From the NCBI GenBank assembly GCA_963805085.1, contig CAWDTA010000002.1, forward strand, positions 352,001 to 416,000: a stretch of 64,000 nucleotides of DNA, in the 5' to 3' direction. A model generated the notes under the pieces. It ran no database searches. It was not told the DNA's origin and worked only from the letters and a program-made list of their open reading frames with translations. The stretch comes from an uncultured Veillonellaceae bacterium. Its GTDB lineage: Bacteria; Bacillota; Negativicutes; JARBTT01. The translations under genes were made by a program, and so were the position numbers. This document shows, piece by piece, positions 31,586-41,176 of the stretch (its first letter is position 1; every line of letters begins with the position of its first letter).

Positions 31586-32581
31586 TCATTTATTAAGACT
31601 TACAAACCAGCTTGCGATCCAACCGGTTGTATTACCATCTGGCAATACAACTTTATACCAACCAAAAGCCTGTTCTTTAATGGTTACAACACTACCTTTG
31701 CTGATTTTACTAACGGATGGGTAATCTGTTCCTGGCCCCGTACGGACATTGACACCATTACCAGTCAATGTGCCGGTTTTCCCACTGATTGACATGTCAG
31801 TGCCAGCAGTAGGTGGCACGGTTTCCATAACGGTAACACTCTCTGGCACGACTGGTTGTGGTGTCATCGGTGGTACTGCTGGTTGTGGTCCATACATCAT
31901 CTGATTATAAGAAACCTGCTCTTCACTAAATTCTGAAGCAGCAACATTTTCATTAGCAATACCCACAGCCGGATATGGAAAAGGCTGCTCAGGAGGTCCC
32001 ATTGTCATAGCTTCCATTTCGGTTGTTGTCGTCACGCGCGTCCAAAATTTTAAAACAATTGTGATGTGTACCTTGCGCGGATCACACTCATCAAAATCAT
32101 AATCGACATATTCAACACTACAATCTGCGGTCGCATTCATGTCAGGATCAGCACCGTCTACTTCAATATCACGAATAAATTTGATATGTTTTTTTTCAAA
32201 GGCGTGGACTGGTTCGTTGGGTAAATTCGCCACATACATTACCTTAACTTCTAAATCACCACGTATCACGGCTCTGTTAGGAATAACATCAACACTGTCA
32301 ATTTCTACTTCTTTTACATAAACGTCAACAACTTGCCTAATATCCGGTTTTCTCCTTGGTACAAACATATCAAATTCTAATATTTTTTGCTTCATCTCTG
32401 CGGCGAGCACCTGCTCAACCTCAAGAACTTCTATCATCGGTTGAGTACATCCACACATCGTGCCTTCAGACTCCTCTGGCATCATGCTATTGATTCCATT
32501 ACCCGATGAAGTTTTGGTATTCGCAGAAGTAGAAGTAGAACCAGAAGCTATGCGTTGATTTTCATCCATATGTTCATCCAT
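31586..32581 (-). CDS. SPOCS (DUF3794) + C-terminal SH3b protein, SipL/SpoVID-like spore coat morphogenetic protein
   Basis: KPDIRQVVD...VIPNRAVIRGDLEVKVMYVA (SPOCS); VNVRTGPGTDY...GWYKV...GWIAS (SH3b). Confidence 0.8.
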   Translation of the reverse strand: MDEHMDENQRIASGSTSTSANTKTSSGNGINSMMPEESEGTMCGCTQPMIEVLEVEQVLAAEMKQKILEFDMFVPRRKPDIRQVVDVYVKEVEIDSVDVIPNRAVIRGDLEVKVMYVANLPNEPVHAFEKKHIKFIRDIEVDGADPDMNATADCSVEYVDYDFDECDPRKVHITIVLKFWTRVTTTTEMEAMTMGPPEQPFPYPAVGIANENVAASEFSEEQVSYNQMMYGPQPAVPPMTPQPVVPESVTVMETVPPTAGTDMSISGKTGTLTGNGVNVRTGPGTDYPSVSKISKGSVVTIKEQAFGWYKVVLPDGNTTGWIASWFVSLNK

Positions 32582-32610
32582 ATATTCTCCCCTCCTTTTC
32601 TAAAGAAACA

Positions 32611-33537
32611 CTATCCTTTTGGTGTACTCGGCAACGTTTGCGCAGGTTGTGCTGGCGCTGGTGTCGGTGCCGGTGCTGGTGCCGGTTGCACTGGTTGTGC
32701 TGTTGCAGCTCCACTTGTCATATTTGCTTGTGGATTCACTTGAACTTCACGATCTGCCATTACTTTTGCCTTTATCCGGAGCATGATGGAAACATCGAAT
32801 TCACGGAAACAAATCTCCTCACAACATGGTGCGCACGGTGGACCCGGTGGGTTTGGTCCTTTCGGTGGACAACATGCCATTGCTGGATCATATGGTGGCA
32901 TCGGATGATGATGGTGCTGTGGATGCCCACAGTCATCCATATGATGATGATGCTCCATTGGATCACAAGGGTCATCCATATGATGATGATGCATTGGATC
33001 ACAAGGGCCATCCATATGATGATGATGCTCCATTGGGTCACAAGGGTCATCATCGTACATAGGGCCATCATCATCGACATCACCATGGTATTTATATTTA
33101 TATGCACGTGTCATTTCTGGTACGTCATAGTCAACGAATTCAACACCAACGGTTGCTTCCGCATCCATACCACGTCTTGCTCCTGGGATATCAACATCCT
33201 GTAAAAATTTACAATGTTTGATTTCTACAGCATGCACAGGTTGATCTGGCAGGCACGCAACATAAATCGCCTTTACCTCAAACTCACCGCGCACCATGAC
33301 TCTATCTGCGATAACATCCACACTGTTTACTTCAACATTTTTCACAAAAACGTCAACAATCTGCTCAATCGATGGTTTTTTATGTGGCACCCGTACATGT
33401 AAATCTATAATATCTTGCGTTTCTGTTTCACCCAACACCTGTCTAACGATAATCGTTTGCGGGCCAGTTGCTGCACCTAGAGTACAATAATCTGGCATAT
33501 GATGATGATGATTATAACGGTTATTTTCCTCTTTCAC
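32611..33537 (-). CDS. SPOCS (DUF3794) protein with a His/Cys/Met/Asp-rich repeat insert and Pro/Ala-rich tail
   Basis: KPSIEQIVD...VIADRVMVRGEFEVKAIYVA; paralogous to the downstream gene. Confidence 0.8.
   Translation of the reverse strand: MKEENNRYNHHHHMPDYCTLGAATGPQTIIVRQVLGETETQDIIDLHVRVPHKKPSIEQIVDVFVKNVEVNSVDVIADRVMVRGEFEVKAIYVACLPDQPVHAVEIKHCKFLQDVDIPGARRGMDAEATVGVEFVDYDVPEMTRAYKYKYHGDVDDDGPMYDDDPCDPMEHHHHMDGPCDPMHHHHMDDPCDPMEHHHHMDDCGHPQHHHHPMPPYDPAMACCPPKGPNPPGPPCAPCCEEICFREFDVSIMLRIKAKVMADREVQVNPQANMTSGAATAQPVQPAPAPAPTPAPAQPAQTLPSTPKG
32934..33047 (-). repeat. Three tandem 36-39 bp coding repeats (DPCDPM[E]HHHHMD)
   Basis: Units start at 32934, 32973 and 33009 on the + strand (CATCCATATGATGATGATGC[TC]CATTGG.TCACAAGGG). 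Confidence 0.9.
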
Positions 33538-33707
33538 TCACATTCACCCCTTTTGTGTTTTCTATTTATATATATGCCTGGGAGAAAATTTATGTGAAAA
33601 AAATCTACGACCTCACATTTTTTTTGAAAAATACCTATTTCTTAACTTTCTGATAAAACAAGGGACGCCTGCAGTAATTTGCAAGCGCCCCTTATTTGAC
33701 TAACTAT

Positions 33708-34211
33708 TTATTTTCCGATAAATTCCTGTACTACATACACTTTTCCATGAGAATCATGTTTCACGCCAATTCCCACTTCCGTATAATGTCCATTTAAAAT
33801 ATTTTCACGATGTTCTGGGCTATTCATAAAAGCAAGCTCTGCTGCTTCTATCGTATCATTTAATGCTAAATTTTCTCCCGCGTATTGATAAGAGATACCT
33901 GCATTTTTCATGCGATTAAACGGTGTTAATCCTTCAGGATTATTATGGGCAAAAAAACCTCGTTTGATCATATCATCCGCATAAGCATCGGCAAGCTTAT
34001 TCAGCTCTGCTTTATAAACAAGCGGTGCCAATCCATGTTGAGCACGATCATTATTCAATAGTATTAACGCCTGCACTTCCTCTGTCGTCGCCTGCGTAGT
34101 AGCTTTTGCAGCATAAACCGAATGTACGAGTACATTTGGAACTGCCATCGTTATCAAAGCAATGATACTAAAACAAAGCATCATCTTTTTCAATAATTGC
34201 TTATAGTTCAT
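33708..34211 (-). CDS. Secreted CAP/SCP-domain protein (YkwD/YlbC-like)
   Basis: Signal peptide, NNDRAQHGL, FFAH, AGENLA, MNSPEHRENIL, VQEF. Confidence 0.88.
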   Translation of the reverse strand: MNYKQLLKKMMLCFSIIALITMAVPNVLVHSVYAAKATTQATTEEVQALILLNNDRAQHGLAPLVYKAELNKLADAYADDMIKRGFFAHNNPEGLTPFNRMKNAGISYQYAGENLALNDTIEAAELAFMNSPEHRENILNGHYTEVGIGVKHDSHGKVYVVQEFIGK

Positions 34212-34306
34212 AAAAAAGATACCTTTCTGAAAACCCAAAGCCTACGATTCTTGAACATTATTTAAGATTCGACTTTCTTCGTCAAAATCCTTTTGGTAAT
34301 ATCTAT

Positions 34307-35179
34307 CTAATAGCCATAGGGTGTTTTGGGCAGTCCCAAACGAAATTTTCCTCGAGTTTCAACGCCACCAACACCTTCAATTCCTGTAACCGAAGCGGCA
34401 ATAGCATCGCTGACATCAACCGTACGATTAATCGGGGTAAAAGCAACCTTTTCGGCAATAAAAACGGGATCATAAGCATGAATGAAAATCCGCGTTGGTG
34501 CCGAAGCAAAGTTTGCCCCAGCCGATAAAATTGCTTCAAAATAAGATTGACAAGCCCCAGCAAAAATCACCAATTCATCTCTACTTGGTTCAATCGCCCG
34601 TACTTTTTTTACCGATTCAACAAAATATTTAGAGTGGCGATAATTATTGATATCATTAAAATCCTTTTTCCCACCAAGGAGTGCATCATGCCCTGTCAAT
34701 ACTAAAATATCGGGGTGATACTGTTCCACTAAGCCAGTCACGAATATTGGCTGCTTCACTTCATCAATACATCTGCCAACAGCCTCAATGTTTAATTGAC
34801 TATAAGTTTTCAAGCACATTTTTAAATATTCTTCGTCACCATCAATATGCAACACCCGCCCTGGCACATCAAAAAAAGAATACTTTTTTGATAAATCACC
34901 TCTAAGTAAGTCCTTTTGTCGCCGCTCACCCTTGCGCCTATCAAAAGCGCGATCCAAGCCGCTGCGTTGTACGCGTTCTAATTTTATGACCTCATTACGC
35001 AAACATTCCGCTGTAATCGCTTCCAAATCAGTGACCGGGGCATCCGCGACCAGCCGCAAATGCATCCCTTTTAACACACATCGATTCAATCCCATATCCC
35101 GCTTATCTATATCAATCACTTTAAAAATAATATCTTTTCCATGAGATTTTCGTACCACCAAATCTCCAATAGCAACCAC
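34307..35179 (-). CDS. yabG: Sporulation-specific protease YabG
   Basis: GDLVVRKSH, RLVADAP, PGRVLHIDGD, PDILVLTGHD, FAGACQS, GANFASAP. Confidence 0.94.
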   Translation of the reverse strand: MVAIGDLVVRKSHGKDIIFKVIDIDKRDMGLNRCVLKGMHLRLVADAPVTDLEAITAECLRNEVIKLERVQRSGLDRAFDRRKGERRQKDLLRGDLSKKYSFFDVPGRVLHIDGDEEYLKMCLKTYSQLNIEAVGRCIDEVKQPIFVTGLVEQYHPDILVLTGHDALLGGKKDFNDINNYRHSKYFVESVKKVRAIEPSRDELVIFAGACQSYFEAILSAGANFASAPTRIFIHAYDPVFIAEKVAFTPINRTVDVSDAIAASVTGIEGVGGVETRGKFRLGLPKTPYGY

Positions 35180-35337
35180 ATCGATCCCCCCCCTCCTCGT
35201 TAATTCATATTATGTAGGAACGGCATGGTTTGCTACGACAATTGATGATTTACATAAATATCCACATGTAGCAAAACGGCATTGCGTTCAATATACTGTA
35301 TCAACTTTAGTCCGCAATATAACGAGGTGAAAACAGT

Positions 35338-36126
35338 ATGATATCTGCTATTGTCCCAGCAAAGAACGAAGCTGGGCGCATCGTAACGGTTTTACGCAAT
35401 CTAGCACTTTTGCCAATTGATCATATTATACTCATCGTCAATGGTTGCCGTGATACTACCCTCTATGAATCAATCAATTTAAAGATTCCAAAACTACAAT
35501 TGCTTTATTTTCACGAATGCCTTGGCATCGATATTCCTCGCGCAATCGGTGCAAAGGTCGCTTTAACTCTGGGAAGCGATATTGCATTATTTGTTGATGG
35601 TGATATGGTGGGGACATTTAACGATAAACTAAAAGAGTTGATCACCACTACAGTCGCGCAGAAACTCGATATGGCACTGACAAACTGTTATCCTATCCCA
35701 CCTCGTCATATCGATAAATGCAACCTAACCTTTCAATGGCGCCTGAAGTTAAATAAAGAATTGGCTTTAGAAAAAAAGCTCAATCTAGCAAGTCCAGCCC
35801 ACGGTCCACATGCGGTATCAAAAAAGTTACTCCAAACGATCCCCTTAAACGAACTGGCCATTCCCCCAGTTTCTTTGGCCCTTGCCAAAAAACATAAACT
35901 TAAAATTGACATTGGCACTACTATTCCTCACTACCTACTAGGTTCTTGTGTCAAGAGCAATGTCCATAGTACGAAAATCATTGATACCATTGTCGGTGAC
36001 TGCATCGAAGCCATCTCCATTTATAAAAACGAACCCCGCACCCGAAAGTGGCAAGAAAAAAACTACATTGGATATCACAACGAACGTCGCTTTGATATCT
36101 TAGATGAACTTTTAACTGAGCTATAA
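35338..36126 (+). CDS. Glycosyltransferase family 2
   Basis: SAIVPAKNEA, VNGCRDTT, FVDGD (DxD). Confidence 0.8.
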   Translation: MISAIVPAKNEAGRIVTVLRNLALLPIDHIILIVNGCRDTTLYESINLKIPKLQLLYFHECLGIDIPRAIGAKVALTLGSDIALFVDGDMVGTFNDKLKELITTTVAQKLDMALTNCYPIPPRHIDKCNLTFQWRLKLNKELALEKKLNLASPAHGPHAVSKKLLQTIPLNELAIPPVSLALAKKHKLKIDIGTTIPHYLLGSCVKSNVHSTKIIDTIVGDCIEAISIYKNEPRTRKWQEKNYIGYHNERRFDILDELLTEL

Positions 36127-36269
36127 AAGTGCACAAAAAACCGTTAAGACCTGATCAGTCTTAACGGCTCACTTTATATTCCCGTAATGTTTTCCACCCC
36201 GTATTTATTCTTAGAGAAGGCAAAATGTATTCCCCTTATATCCAAATTGACGATGTTTGATTACTCGGT

Positions 36270-36611
36270 TTAAAAACTTTTTTTAGTGTTTATTGTCTCT
36301 TTCACCTTGCCTTTTTCTGATCCATGGGTATATCCAACGACATCAAAGTTTTGACTAAGTCGTTTTGCCAAGGCTTCATAATTTGCTGCTTTCCCCCGCA
36401 TACAAGATGACAAATGTACCACATTCACACCATTTTTAATCATTATCTCAATTTTATGTTCAATATCGCCATCAGCGTGAGAAAAAGCAACAAGCTCGAT
36501 CTCGTCCTCATATCTCGCAAAAGCGTCTTTTTTCTGAAAGAAAGCGCTAAGACAGCCTTTTCCCGTACATCGCTGCATGGTTTCTTCCCTAACTAATATA
36601 GCAATTTTCAT
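36270..36611 (-). CDS. CGGC-domain-like protein (motif degenerate)
   Basis: CTGKGC, ELVAFSHADG at the CGGC position, VHLSSC, GYTH. Confidence 0.6.
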   Translation of the reverse strand: MKIAILVREETMQRCTGKGCLSAFFQKKDAFARYEDEIELVAFSHADGDIEHKIEIMIKNGVNVVHLSSCMRGKAANYEALAKRLSQNFDVVGYTHGSEKGKVKETINTKKSF

Positions 36612-36722
36612 ATTTCGCCTCATCGCCTTTTAAAAGTATATTGATAAATAAGTTTCCTGCTACTTTTATCTTACCTTATATAGTCCGCTTGTTCTGTGAT
36701 CATTATCACACTACCTTCTTAC

Positions 36723-39527
36723 CTATTTCCACATTAAGTTTTCAAACTCAGCTAGCGGCATTGGCCTGGCATACAGATACCCTTGTGCTAAATCACAAGA
36801 ACATCTTTTAAGAAACTCTGCTTGCTGGGCCGTTTCTACCCCTTCTGATACCACTTTCATCCCAAGTCTTTTCGCCATTTGGATGACATTTTCGATAATG
36901 ATTTTTTCCCGAACATTTTCTGTGCCATTATCCAAAAATTCTTTATCCAATTTTAAATAATCAACTGGTAAATCCCGCAGTAGCTTTAATGAAGAATAGC
37001 CACTGCCAAAATCATCAATAGAAATCGCAAACCCGAGATTACATAAGCTCCTCATTAATTTAATAATGTTAGCAATATTTTCCGTAAACACGCTTTCCGT
37101 GAGTTCCAATTCAATATATTTCGTCGGAACATTATACTTATTGGATAGTTCAACCAACTTATCAATGAACGTTCGATCGGTTAAATAGACCCTAGATAAA
37201 TTCACCGATATTGGGACAACTTCATGCCCTAGATCAATCCACTTACGCAAACTTGCATAAACCAATTCAAACACATAAAAATCCATTTTTGCTATAAAGC
37301 CATTCTTTTCAAACACCGGAATGAAATCGCCTGGTGACATAAATCCTTTGCTAGAACTAATCCACCGTACCAAAGCTTCTGCGCCCCTGATTTTGCCTGT
37401 AGAGAGTTCCACCTTTGGCTGATAATAAACAACGAATTCCTTAGTTTTTAGCGCATTATCTGCCAAGTCTTCAATCTCTTTCTCTCTCAGCAAATTCTGC
37501 CTAAAAACATCATTATAAAAAACAAAACTTGTATCATGGGTGCTACGTGCTTTACTTCTTGCAATATCCGCTTTGTCAATAATGGTATTCAAGGAAGCAC
37601 CATCATCTTTTAGAAGATAAATTCCATAGTGAAAAATCAATTTATAGCGCCCCGTTTTGCTGCTAGTAAAATATTTAATTTTATTATGTAACATTTTCAG
37701 CCATTCCATTAAGGCTTCGACGTCTTCATATTTGCTCAATATCAGAAATCGATCCGCCGTCATGCGTGTAAATAGCAGCTCAGCGTTTGATAGTTCTTTG
37801 ATTTGCATTGCAATATAGCGTAAAATCTCATCGCCAACCTCGAAACCAAACGTATCATTCACATAACGAAATTTCTCTATGTCAAAACAAATCATCACAT
37901 ATTTTAGCTTTTTACCCGTCATCATTTCACCGACAATTCTTTTTGCATGTAACTTAAACTTATTTAAATTCCACATTCCGGTCAATGCATCCGTATAAGC
38001 CAGTTTTTCAATTTCTTTTTGCGCTCTCATTTTAACAAGATAAGAAGCAATGAATTTGGCGACAATCATCAATGAATCGATTTCCTCTTGTGTCCATTTT
38101 CGCGGAGTACGACACTCATCAAAACCAATCGTCCCTTTAAAATCTCCATTTTCACAAAAACCATATTGCAAGATTGCCTTAATATTGCAAGCGTCCCAGT
38201 AAGATTTTAAAATTTGGGTAGCAGAAGTCTCCTGCGTAGCGGCTGGATCACTTAAATCTTCAATACAAAATAACCTGTCCTTTGCTACCCCATAATAACG
38301 AAACTGCTCATGTTTCTTAATCCTCGATTCTATCCCTTTATTACGCCATTCGTAGGTAATATTCATCGTAGTATTCAATCTATCATTTTCAAAAATATAC
38401 ACCCGACTCACATCAAAGTGCTTACCAAGCATACTCAAGACCATATGGATCCCACTATGAATATCCTTCGTCTCAAATAATAGTTCAAACATATTAATTA
38501 GCCCTAGCATATAACTTTTCTTCTGATAATCCACCAACTGATTTCCATATTCAACTTTTGCAAGGTGAGAATTTGCACTATGCTCACTATGCTTACTATA
38601 GGAGATAGACTGTTCTATCCTTTTATTATAAATTTGAAAACTACCTTTTTTCGTATTTCTTGCTTCATATAATGCCTTGTCGGCATTTTGAAATAACGTT
38701 TGGTAATCAGAGCCATGCTCAGGAAACAAAGCAATCCCCAAATTACAAAAAACACGCTGTGCCTGTTTTTCGCCTGAATACACATGGCGAAAGACATTAC
38801 TTACCGCATTTACCTTTTCCTCTACTTGTGAAATAGATTGAATATTCTTAAATAAAACAACAAAATCATCACCACCAACACGCCCGATGATTTCCGCTTT
38901 CATAAATTCATTTTTTAATTCCGTCGAAATATCGAGCAGTACCGCATCACCAAATAAGTGACCTACTTCTTCATTAATTTGTCTTAAATTATCGATATTG
39001 ATGATCATTAAGGCATGTCGTGACTCTTTACCTGTGGTTTCTAAATAGGCACCAATAACCTCTGACACTGTTACTTTATTATAAACGCCCGTAAATAAAT
39101 CCAACTTAACGTGGTTTTCTAATTGACCGCCTTCCAATCCTACGACTTTTTGCTTTTTTTTATAATCCGTAATATCAATAAAAATGCCGCGAACTGCTAC
39201 CTGCCCATTTTCATCGATCACCTTTTTCGAACTAATGGCAATTGACTTAATTGTTTTATCCGGCATGATATGTTCATATTCAAATTTTACCTTTTTACTA
39301 TTACAATCTTGTGACTTAATCATTGCTTGAATTCTCTGTACTTCGCTTTTCTCAACACTCATACCACAAGTATCTTCAAATAATACATCATATTCTTCTT
39401 TCGCATACCCCATAAGTTCAAAAAAGTCCTGATTGGCGTACGATAGTTTAAATGTGCCATCATAACTAAACTGGGCGATGCCACAAGGAATATCATCTGC
39501 AATCGTTGAAAATTTACTATATTTCAT
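36723..39527 (-). CDS. PAS-GGDEF-GAF-GGDEF(degenerate)-EAL c-di-GMP signalling protein
   Basis: RVGGDDF; GAF-like VSRVYIFE...IGFDEC; second GGDEF reads TADRF; YYQPK...AEALVRW, DDFGSGYSS. Confidence 0.9.
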   Translation of the reverse strand: MKYSKFSTIADDIPCGIAQFSYDGTFKLSYANQDFFELMGYAKEEYDVLFEDTCGMSVEKSEVQRIQAMIKSQDCNSKKVKFEYEHIMPDKTIKSIAISSKKVIDENGQVAVRGIFIDITDYKKKQKVVGLEGGQLENHVKLDLFTGVYNKVTVSEVIGAYLETTGKESRHALMIINIDNLRQINEEVGHLFGDAVLLDISTELKNEFMKAEIIGRVGGDDFVVLFKNIQSISQVEEKVNAVSNVFRHVYSGEKQAQRVFCNLGIALFPEHGSDYQTLFQNADKALYEARNTKKGSFQIYNKRIEQSISYSKHSEHSANSHLAKVEYGNQLVDYQKKSYMLGLINMFELLFETKDIHSGIHMVLSMLGKHFDVSRVYIFENDRLNTTMNITYEWRNKGIESRIKKHEQFRYYGVAKDRLFCIEDLSDPAATQETSATQILKSYWDACNIKAILQYGFCENGDFKGTIGFDECRTPRKWTQEEIDSLMIVAKFIASYLVKMRAQKEIEKLAYTDALTGMWNLNKFKLHAKRIVGEMMTGKKLKYVMICFDIEKFRYVNDTFGFEVGDEILRYIAMQIKELSNAELLFTRMTADRFLILSKYEDVEALMEWLKMLHNKIKYFTSSKTGRYKLIFHYGIYLLKDDGASLNTIIDKADIARSKARSTHDTSFVFYNDVFRQNLLREKEIEDLADNALKTKEFVVYYQPKVELSTGKIRGAEALVRWISSSKGFMSPGDFIPVFEKNGFIAKMDFYVFELVYASLRKWIDLGHEVVPISVNLSRVYLTDRTFIDKLVELSNKYNVPTKYIELELTESVFTENIANIIKLMRSLCNLGFAISIDDFGSGYSSLKLLRDLPVDYLKLDKEFLDNGTENVREKIIIENVIQMAKRLGMKVVSEGVETAQQAEFLKRCSCDLAQGYLYARPMPLAEFENLMWK

Positions 39528-39737
39528 AAATTTACCCAGCTTTCAACTACACATACTTCAATAAATTATTTTTATGCTCTCATTATACTATAAGGAAAAC
39601 CTTGGGGAAAACCTTTTATTTTTATATTTTTACAATTGTTTTTAAAACAGCCTCAATTTTAAAAGAAATTTGTAAACTTTTTCTATAATTAGAAGCTCTG
39701 ATTTTTAATAATTTTTATCGTTTAATAGAAATTATCA

Positions 39738-39767
39738 TTGACATAAGGTAACTGGTAGTTTTATACT
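39738..39767 (+). promoter_or_regulatory. SigA-type promoter of the cyd operon
   Basis: TTGACA-N18-TATACT. Confidence 0.55.
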
Positions 39768-39811
39768 TTAGTTATATTAAGTGTATTTAATATTAGGAGA
39801 GGTGATTACCA

Positions 39812-41176
39812 ATGGAAGAGTTTTTATTATCAAGATTACAGTTTGCAATAACCACTACATACCATTTTTTATTCATTCCCTTGACCTTAGGGCTGTCATT
39901 ATTTGTAGCATTATTAGAGACATTGTATGTTAAGACCAATAACGATCGCTATAAACAGATGACGAAATTCTGGGGGAAACTTTTTTTAGTTAACTTTGCT
40001 ATGGGTGTTGTGACTGGGATTGTGCAAGAGTTTCACTTTGGCATGAATTGGTCAGAATACTCACGATTTATGGGTGATATTTTTGGTGCACCACTAGCAC
40101 TCGAAGCTTTGACAGCATTTTTTCTAGAGTCTACATTCATGGGATTATGGATTTTCGGCTGGGATAAATTATCTAAAAAATCACATTTGCTTTGCATCTG
40201 GCTCGTAGCCTTTGCGAGTAATTTATCCTCTTATTGGATTTTAGTAGCAAATTCTTTTATGCAACATCCTGTGGGCTATACAATCAATCATGGTCGTGCC
40301 GAAATGGTTGACTTCATTGCCTTGCTAACCAACCCTTATGTTGCCGGGCAATTTTCTCACACGGTTTTATCCGGCATCGTAACTGCTGGTTTCTTTGTTA
40401 TTTCAATCAGTGCTTATCATCTATTACGCAAAACACACGTGGAATCATTTACGAGCACGATGAAAATTGGTCTTGTTTGGACAATCATTGGTTTATTCGC
40501 GGTGATGGGCAGCGGTCATATGCAAGCCCAATCGCTAGTGAATACGCAACCGATTAAATTAGCATCTTTAGAGGCGCTATGGGAAACGAAAAATCCAGCT
40601 CCATTTACCATTTACACCTCAATTGATCAAGTTAAGCAAAAAAACTCCTCACAAATAGCAATTCCTGGTTTATTATCTTTTATGGCCTTTAATAAGCCTG
40701 AGGGCGAAATAAAAGGGTTAAAAGATCTGCAACTCGCTAGTGAACAACAATTCGGGGCAGGTAACTATATTCCTGATGTACCTGGTCTATTTTGGAGTTT
40801 CCGCATTATGGTTCTTGCTGGCATTCTGATGATAGCCATCGCATTTATTAATGCATTACTTATTTTCAAAAATAAACTATCACAGTATCCTATCGCTTTA
40901 AAATGTTTATTATACGCCTTACCATTGCCATATATCGCAAACTCCACTGGTTGGTATGTCACCGAAGCTGGTCGTCAACCTTGGATCGTTGTTGGCTTAC
41001 AAAAAGCCAGCGCTGGTATTTCACAAAACATTACGAGCACAGAAGTATGGATTTCTTTAATCGGCTTTACCCTGATTTATACCGTTCTTGCGGTCGTTGC
41101 AATCTATGTTGCAATTAAGTTTATTAAGAAAGGTCCCGAAACTCCTTTAGAATCAGTGAAAGGTGGTAGAGCATGA
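39812..41176 (+). CDS. cydA: Cytochrome bd ubiquinol oxidase subunit I
   Basis: SRLQFA, HFLFIPLT, GIVQEFHFGMNWS, AFFLES, GWYVTEAGRQPW. Confidence 0.96.
   Translation: MEEFLLSRLQFAITTTYHFLFIPLTLGLSLFVALLETLYVKTNNDRYKQMTKFWGKLFLVNFAMGVVTGIVQEFHFGMNWSEYSRFMGDIFGAPLALEALTAFFLESTFMGLWIFGWDKLSKKSHLLCIWLVAFASNLSSYWILVANSFMQHPVGYTINHGRAEMVDFIALLTNPYVAGQFSHTVLSGIVTAGFFVISISAYHLLRKTHVESFTSTMKIGLVWTIIGLFAVMGSGHMQAQSLVNTQPIKLASLEALWETKNPAPFTIYTSIDQVKQKNSSQIAIPGLLSFMAFNKPEGEIKGLKDLQLASEQQFGAGNYIPDVPGLFWSFRIMVLAGILMIAIAFINALLIFKNKLSQYPIALKCLLYALPLPYIANSTGWYVTEAGRQPWIVVGLQKASAGISQNITSTEVWISLIGFTLIYTVLAVVAIYVAIKFIKKGPETPLESVKGGRA

Noticed and set aside
32934-33047. Tandem 36-39 bp repeats as a possible CRISPR array
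   Set aside because: No unique spacers, unit lengths are multiples of 3 within a coding gene, and there are no cas genes.
32638-33204. Cys/Trp/His/Met-rich + strand ORFs (188 aa, 78 aa) that look like RiPP or metallothionein precursors
   Set aside because: Antisense shadows of the repeat-containing SPOCS gene; no RBS or independent support.
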